This document shows positions 8,821-12,310 of a DNA stretch of 36,206 nt, in pieces (position 1 is the stretch's first letter; each line of letters opens with the position of its first letter). The position numbers and the translations under genes were made by a program. Below the pieces are notes generated by a model that had not been told where the DNA came from, did not search any database, and worked only from the letters and a program-made list of their open reading frames with translations. The DNA is from a virus, in IMG/VR virus record IMGVR_UViG_3300028595_000007, positions 1 to 36,206 of that record; one strand, written 5' to 3'.

Positions 8821-9030
8821 TTATTTAGTAATAGTAATTGCTTTTAATGGTCTATCACCTTTGGCAGTGCATACTAGCCTAAATCCTTTACCAGTGCAAA
8901 TAGCAGTGTATTCTTCATTTCTGATCTTTTTATTGAGATTTTTTCGATCAGATGGAGTAATTCTTTCTATTTTACCGATAGACAGATTCCTTTCTTTAGA
9001 CCGCTGTTTGAAATGTTTTGTCAGTTCCAT
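8821..9030 (-). CDS. Hypothetical 69-aa protein (weak DUF4258/toxin-like pattern)
   Basis: MELTKHFKQRSKERNLSIGKIERI...GFRLVC...RPLKAITITK loosely resembles the H-x3-R-x2-eR-x-iS ... vvTv pattern. Unverified. Confidence 0.5.
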   Translation of the reverse strand: MELTKHFKQRSKERNLSIGKIERITPSDRKNLNKKIRNEEYTAICTGKGFRLVCTAKGDRPLKAITITK

Positions 9031-9151
9031 TTTTTATAGAAACAATTTGTTTGTTAAATTCCCTTACTGAGACATGATGACCTCTTTCTGTCTCTTTGTC
9101 TCTTTCTGCCTCTAGCATGAGAATCAGTTGATCTTTTGAGTAACTTTTCAT
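8996..9151 (-). CDS. Possible 51-aa ORF overlapping the start of 8821..9030
   Basis: Hand translation: MKSYSKDQLILMLEAERDKETERGHHVSVREFNKQIVSIKNGTDKTFQTAV. It overlaps the next gene by 35 nt and is below the track cut-off. Confidence 0.35.
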   Translation of the reverse strand: MKSYSKDQLILMLEAERDKETERGHHVSVREFNKQIVSIKNGTDKTFQTAV

Positions 9152-9247
9152 AGTAGTAAAAAAAAGTTTTAATTTATTTAATTCTAATCTTTGTGTGCTC
9201 GTGATTGTTTTAATTATTAGAGCTTTCCGATTAGTTTTAAATCAATA

Positions 9248-9430
9248 TTAACGTGAAAAGTATAATTCAATATCACCATCAGAATCTTTTAATATTTCTA
9301 CTCTATTATGTCCTTTACTTTCTACTAACTCTATTATTCCTTTTAATTCATCTATTTTTAGTGGTTTATTCTCTCTTACTTTAGTTATAACATTATGCTT
9401 ATTAATTACTGTGTTAATTATTGTTTTCAT
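9248..9430 (-). CDS. First gene of the leftward operon, hypothetical (60 aa from ATG 9430; alternative ATG at 9448)
   Basis: The track ORF starts at 9448, but the predicted -10 box (9453..9458) lies only 4 nt upstream of that ATG. The second Met (MKTIINTV...) is therefore the likelier start. Confidence 0.55.
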   Translation of the reverse strand: MKTIINTVINKHNVITKVRENKPLKIDELKGIIELVESKGHNRVEILKDSDGDIELYFSR

Positions 9431-9452
9431 ATTTAAAATAAAAATCATCTAT

Positions 9453-9481
9453 ATATTATCACTAGAAAAAATAAAAGTCAA
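9453..9481 (-). promoter_or_regulatory. Leftward early promoter (sigma70-type with extended -10)
   Basis: The minus strand reads TTGACTTTTATTTTTTCTAGTGATAATAT: a TTGACT -35, a 17-nt spacer, a TGn extended element and a TAATAT -10. Confidence 0.6.
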
Positions 9482-9510
9482 TACTTTTTTTTACATTAAT
9501 TATTTTATTA

Positions 9511-9549
9511 AAATCTTACCGGTATCTTACCGGTAAGAATGTAAGATTT
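9511..9549. promoter_or_regulatory. Operator-like palindrome/direct-repeat cluster between the divergent promoters
   Basis: AAATCTTACCGGTATCTTACCGGTAAGAATGTAAGATTT. TCTTACCGGTA occurs twice in tandem (9514..9524 and 9525..9535). CTTACCGGTAAG (9526..9537) is a perfect palindrome. The outer arms AAATCTTAC / GTAAGATTT are inverted. Confidence 0.5.
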
Positions 9550-9578
9550 ATTTAACATAAAAAAAAGTAAAAAAACAT

Positions 9579-9608
9579 TTGACTTTTATTGGTGAGGTGT
9601 GATTAAAT
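9579..9608 (+). promoter_or_regulatory. Rightward promoter driving the small structured RNA
   Basis: TTGACTTTTATTGGTGAGGTGTGATTAAAT: -35 TTGACT, TGa extended element, -10 TTAAAT (18-nt spacer). It shares the 11-mer TTGACTTTTAT with two other promoters in this region. Confidence 0.55.
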
Positions 9609-9614
9609 TTTAAT

Positions 9615-9720
9615 AAGCATAAAGATAAAAAGATTGAGTCTTCTACTGGGGATGAGATCATTACTGAGAAAATAGTAATAATCTTTATGCCCGATCTTAT
9701 CTCCAGTAGAGGGCTTTTTT
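9615..9720 (+). ncRNA. Candidate ~105-nt structured small RNA ending in an intrinsic terminator
   Basis: A 23-bp helix pairs 9637..9659 with 9693..9715 (4 G-U pairs) and is followed by a T-run to 9720. A 10-bp helix pairs 9617..9626 (gcataaagat) with 9681..9690 (atctttatgc) and is interleaved with the first. An apical hairpin attact/agtaat lies at 9660..9679. No plausible ORF. The 5' end is inferred from the promoter. Confidence 0.5.
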
Positions 9721-9822
9721 ACATTTTACAAACAAATAGTCTTAAAATAATTTTTAATACCTTTGTCTGTAAAAGACACGTTAGGAGGAGATTATACTTC
9801 TCGATGACAAGTGTAATAACAA

Positions 9823-9849
9823 ATACTCACTCCACTGCTATATAAAAAG
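9823..9849 (+). repeat. Degenerate third copy of the ATACTCACT module
   Basis: ATACTCACTccactgcTATATAAAAAG shares ATACTCACT and TATAAAAG with the 9904..9931 copy. Confidence 0.3.
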
Positions 9850-9898
9850 CGACTATGACGTTACAATAGTTGATAGCAGCCACCAGTCATCAGCGATA

Positions 9899-9921
9899 TA
9901 CGGATACTCACTAAAGAGAGA
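9899..9921 (+). promoter_or_regulatory. T3/T7-class single-subunit RNAP promoter-like module A
   Basis: tatacggATACTCACTAAAGAGAGA. The 15-mer CTCACTAAAGAGAGA (9907..9921) differs at one position from the T3 promoter core CTCACTAAAGGGAGA (T7 has CTCACTATAGGGAGA). The implied +1 is G9916. Confidence 0.4.
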
Positions 9922-10099
9922 TGTATAAAAGTTAATATTAACTCTGATCCTTAACAATTATTCTTACAACTTGCCAGAGAACTAAAAACTCTGATTGCCA
10001 ACAGTAAGAGCATAAAAAATAGGCTAAATCGCATAGTCAGTTTAAGTGTACGTTAATTTTAAAAAAATGTGTGGAAATCACAAGCCCACCACTCTGCGA

Positions 10100-10122
10100 T
10101 AGCCGTATTCTTTAAAGAGAGA
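10100..10122 (+). promoter_or_regulatory. T3/T7-class promoter-like module B (paralogue of module A)
   Basis: tagccgtaTTCTTTAAAGAGAGA shares TAAAGAGAGAT and about 50 nt of flanking similarity with module A (GCCACCAG..CAGCGATA versus GCCCACCAC..TGCGATA). The implied +1 is G10117, 201 nt after A. Confidence 0.3.
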
Positions 10123-10235
10123 TATTATACACCATGATTAAATATGTATTTTTATTCTATGTTTATACTTAATTAAAACTTATTAATTAAATACAATATG
10201 GAATAAAAAAACTTTAATTTTAAGTAATTTATCTA

Positions 10236-10264
10236 TTGACTTATTATTTTGTATATGATAGCAT
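10236..10264 (+). promoter_or_regulatory. Promoter of the XRE gene / rightward operon
   Basis: TTGACTTATTATTTTGTATATGATAGCAT: -35 TTGACT, 17-nt spacer, TGa extended element, -10 TAGCAT. Confidence 0.55.
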
Positions 10265-10281
10265 ATAAGTGAATCCGATAT

Positions 10282-10309
10282 GTGGGAGGTTCAGGGGGGT
10301 TCCTCCCAC
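10282..10309 (+). promoter_or_regulatory. GC-rich 5'-UTR hairpin upstream of the XRE gene
   Basis: GTGGGAGG (10282..10289) pairs with CCTCCCAC (10302..10309) around the loop ttcaggggggtt. It is conspicuous in an AT-rich spacer. Confidence 0.45.
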
Positions 10310-10326
10310 TTACCTTTTAAATCAAT

Positions 10327-10614
10327 ATGAATCTAACAGAAAAAAGAAAGACATTCGGAGAGCGTTTGAATCTTCTAAGAAGATCTAAAAACATCTCTAA
10401 AGATAAATTAATACAAGATTTAAATGCTCTTTTAATAGAAGAATATCAAGAAAATTACATTAGACCTCATATAATAACTAGAAATGAATATGATAGATAT
10501 GAGAATGGTGAATTATTACCAAATCAAGAGAATCTTATGAATATATGTAAGATATTAAAGAAACCTTTAGATTGGTTTTTCTCACCAATGGTAAAGACTA
10601 AAAAAATGTTTTAA
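10327..10614 (+). CDS. XRE-family helix-turn-helix transcriptional regulator (Cro/CI-like)
   Basis: 95 aa. FGERLNLLRRSKNISKDKLIQDLN fits the XRE HTH. It is the first gene right of the divergent control region. Confidence 0.65.
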   Translation: MNLTEKRKTFGERLNLLRRSKNISKDKLIQDLNALLIEEYQENYIRPHIITRNEYDRYENGELLPNQENLMNICKILKKPLDWFFSPMVKTKKMF

Positions 10615-10621
10615 TAATAAT

Positions 10622-10756
10622 ATGAAATATATATCAATAATCTCATTTATGATTATTATATGTTTAATAATATCATACTCTACAGATATTGATTTATATG
10701 TAATATTACAGTTAGCAGTTTTCTTTTATATTATGGGATTTGTTTTTTCAAATTGA
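10622..10756 (+). CDS. Possible 44-aa hydrophobic mini-protein
   Basis: Hand translation: MKYISIISFMIIICLIISYSTDIDLYVILQLAVFFYIMGFVFSN. ATG lies 5 nt after the XRE stop. Its TGA lies inside the next -35 box. Confidence 0.35.
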   Translation: MKYISIISFMIIICLIISYSTDIDLYVILQLAVFFYIMGFVFSN

Positions 10757-10781
10757 CTTTTATATTTTTATTTGATATGCT
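10753..10781 (+). promoter_or_regulatory. Promoter upstream of the uORF / T5orf172 gene
   Basis: TTGACTTTTATATTTTTATTTGATATGCT: -35 TTGACT, 17-nt spacer, TGa extended element, -10 TATGCT. Confidence 0.55.
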
Positions 10782-10802
10782 AGATATAGATTTAAAAAAA
10801 TT

Positions 10803-10904
10803 ATGCCAAACAAGGAGTCTTTTATAGGTAGAAATGACGAAAAGAGTAGATTTATAAAAATCTTCTTGTTTGGCGACAACTCTTTTCGTCTTTTTTATTT
10901 ATAA
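10803..10904 (+). CDS. Candidate 33-aa leader peptide (uORF) coupled by TAATG to the T5orf172 gene
   Basis: Hand translation: MPNKESFIGRNDEKSRFIKIFLFGDNSFRLFYL. It spans the whole structured leader, and its stop shares one base with ATG 10904. Confidence 0.35.
   Translation: MPNKESFIGRNDEKSRFIKIFLFGDNSFRLFYL
10836..10896 (+). terminator. Intrinsic terminator-like hairpin inside the leader
   Basis: gacgaaaagagt (10836..10847) pairs perfectly with actcttttcgtc (10879..10890) and is followed by TTTTTT (10891..10896). The loop contains the 3' arm of a second helix (10805..10817 with 10862..10874). Confidence 0.5.
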
Positions 10905-11554
10905 TGAAAGAAATATTATTTTATGAAAAAAACAAAAATATAACAAAAAATTTTATGTGTTCTTTAATAAAGAATGATTCTGAATATTATTTCTTTAGAT
11001 ATGGTAAAAATATGTATCTAAGATTAGGAATGTTTGCTTTTATGCTTCCTGATATTTTTTGCGATACATTTAATGAAATGAAAAGTAAAGATAATATTTA
11101 TAGAATAATAGAGTTTAGTAAAGATAAAAGATTACATTTATTACAAGATATAGTATTTGAATTAAATATTCCTAGAGATAAAGGTTATATATATGTATAT
11201 GAGACTCAAAGATTATTTAAAATAGGATATACATTAAATATAGAGAATAGATATAAAAAATATGTAACAGAAAATCCTTATAAAATAGAAAAAATAATTG
11301 AAACAAAAGTAAATAATGCTTTTAAAGTAGAGCAATTACTTCATAAATTATTTAAAGACAAAAGACATAGAGGAGAATGGTTTAAGTTAAATTTTGATGA
11401 TGTAGGATTTATAGAATCTTTAATTGATTACAATGATATAAGAAGTGAACTAAACTTTAATGATTATAGTTTTGATTATATGAATATTAAAACAAGACTT
11501 GCTAGATATAAAAAATTTAAAAGTGAGAATAAAGGATTAGATTTTTTTATTTAA
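10904..11554 (+). CDS. T5orf172 (GIY-YIG superfamily) domain protein
   Basis: GYIYVYETQRLFKIGYTLNIENRYKKY...VEQLLHKLFKDKRHRGEWFKL matches the T5orf172/MUG113 pattern (YIY..KIG.T.n...R ... E..lH..f...r..gEWF). Confidence 0.65.
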   Translation: MKEILFYEKNKNITKNFMCSLIKNDSEYYFFRYGKNMYLRLGMFAFMLPDIFCDTFNEMKSKDNIYRIIEFSKDKRLHLLQDIVFELNIPRDKGYIYVYETQRLFKIGYTLNIENRYKKYVTENPYKIEKIIETKVNNAFKVEQLLHKLFKDKRHRGEWFKLNFDDVGFIESLIDYNDIRSELNFNDYSFDYMNIKTRLARYKKFKSENKGLDFFI

Positions 11555-11563
11555 TTTAAAATT

Positions 11564-12289
11564 ATGAAAAAACAAACAATAATGTTATGGCAAGATACAT
11601 TAGTGTCTATACCAGAAATGAAAGATGAAGAAGCTGGAAAAATATTTAAAGCTATTATTCAATATGACAAGACTGGAAAATATAAATTAGATGATAGATT
11701 TTTAAATCTTTTGTTTTTACCAATCAAAGAGCAGATAGATAAAGACAAAGAGAAATACGAAAAAATATTAAAAAGAAATAGCATAAATGGTGCTAAAGGA
11801 GGTAGACCTAATAAAGAAAACCCAGATAAACCCAAAAAACCCAGTGGGTTATTTAAAAACCCAGATAAACCCAAAGAAACCCAAAAAAGCCCTATACCTA
11901 TACCTATTCCTATACCAACTCCAAATCCTATTCCTATTCAAAAAAAAGATATTACTAACGTAATACAACCTCCGGTTGAAATTCCTATAAAAGAAAAAAA
12001 AGAATATGGCAATAAAGATATAAACTCCATGCTAGCAAGTTTATATAAAGCTATAGATATTGATTCCTTTAAAGAATCAAGAAAACTAGAGAGACAATAT
12101 GCTATGCACATGGTTAATTTAGGAAAGAAGATAGGTAGAGAAAAATTCCTCGAGCGACTTCATGGAATACTTGAAGATGATTTTAAAGTTAAGAATTGCA
12201 ATTCAATTAAATATCTCTATGGTCAAATGAAGTCATTTATTGGAAATCCTAAAGTTGAGAAAAAACAAATGGGAGTAATTGTTCGTTAA
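11564..12289 (+). CDS. Replication-module protein (DnaD/replisome-organiser-like N-terminal domain, Pro-rich linker)
   Basis: The N-terminus WQDTLVSIPEMKDEEAGKIFKAIIQYDKTG...KYEKILKRNSINGAKGGRP resembles a domain common in phage replication regions (recalled, unverified). The linker reads NPDKPKKPSGLFKNPDKPKETQKSPIPIPIPIPTPNPIPI. Confidence 0.4.
   Translation: MKKQTIMLWQDTLVSIPEMKDEEAGKIFKAIIQYDKTGKYKLDDRFLNLLFLPIKEQIDKDKEKYEKILKRNSINGAKGGRPNKENPDKPKKPSGLFKNPDKPKETQKSPIPIPIPIPTPNPIPIQKKDITNVIQPPVEIPIKEKKEYGNKDINSMLASLYKAIDIDSFKESRKLERQYAMHMVNLGKKIGREKFLERLHGILEDDFKVKNCNSIKYLYGQMKSFIGNPKVEKKQMGVIVR
11817..11883. repeat. Iteron-like array of six AACCCA motifs (candidate in-gene origin)
   Basis: AACCCA occurs at 11819, 11829, 11838, 11858, 11868 and 11878 (spacings 10, 9, 20, 10, 10 nt). 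AAAACCCAGATAAACCCAAA is repeated twice. AACCCAGTGGGTT (11838..11850) is palindromic. Confidence 0.4.
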
Positions 12290-12310
12290 TTTTAACTTTC
12301 TTTTAATAAT

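Noticed and set aside
4870-9070. Plus-strand track ORFs 4870..5112, 5756..6094, 5940..6128, 6255..6491, 7598..7855 and 8861..9070, and minus-strand 6281..6487.
   Set aside because: They overlap the tightly coupled minus-strand early operon, either in antisense or in an alternative frame. Their products are I/F/L/S-rich strings. The operon genes have consistent spacers and overlaps, whereas these do not.
10070-10078. DnaA-box-like TGTGGAAAT (7 of 9 matches to TGTGGATAA).
   Set aside because: It is a single imperfect copy with no cluster. This is insufficient to call a DnaA-dependent origin.
9823-10133. Whether the repeated ATACTCACT/TAAAGAGAGAT modules are a CRISPR mini-array.
   Set aside because: There are only two good copies and one degenerate copy. 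The spacing is about 80 and 200 nt rather than 25-40 nt. The repeats are imperfect (about 70% identity). No cas genes are present.
9722-10230. Whether the ORF-free segment is a gene read in a recoded genetic code (a reassigned TAG, TGA or TAA).
   Set aside because: All three stop codons occur repeatedly in the frames I read on both strands. The rest of the genome translates cleanly in the standard code, using TAA, TGA and TAG as stops.
10327-10614. Calling the phage temperate because of the XRE/Cro-CI-like regulator.
   Set aside because: No integrase, excisionase, att-like site or partition system is visible. An XRE HTH alone is also common in lytic phages.
11890-11940. CCTATA/CCTATT tandem repeats as an independent DNA element.
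   Set aside because: They encode the PIPIPIPIPTPNPIPI linker in frame. They are most simply a peptide-level repeat and are mentioned only as flanking the AACCCA array.
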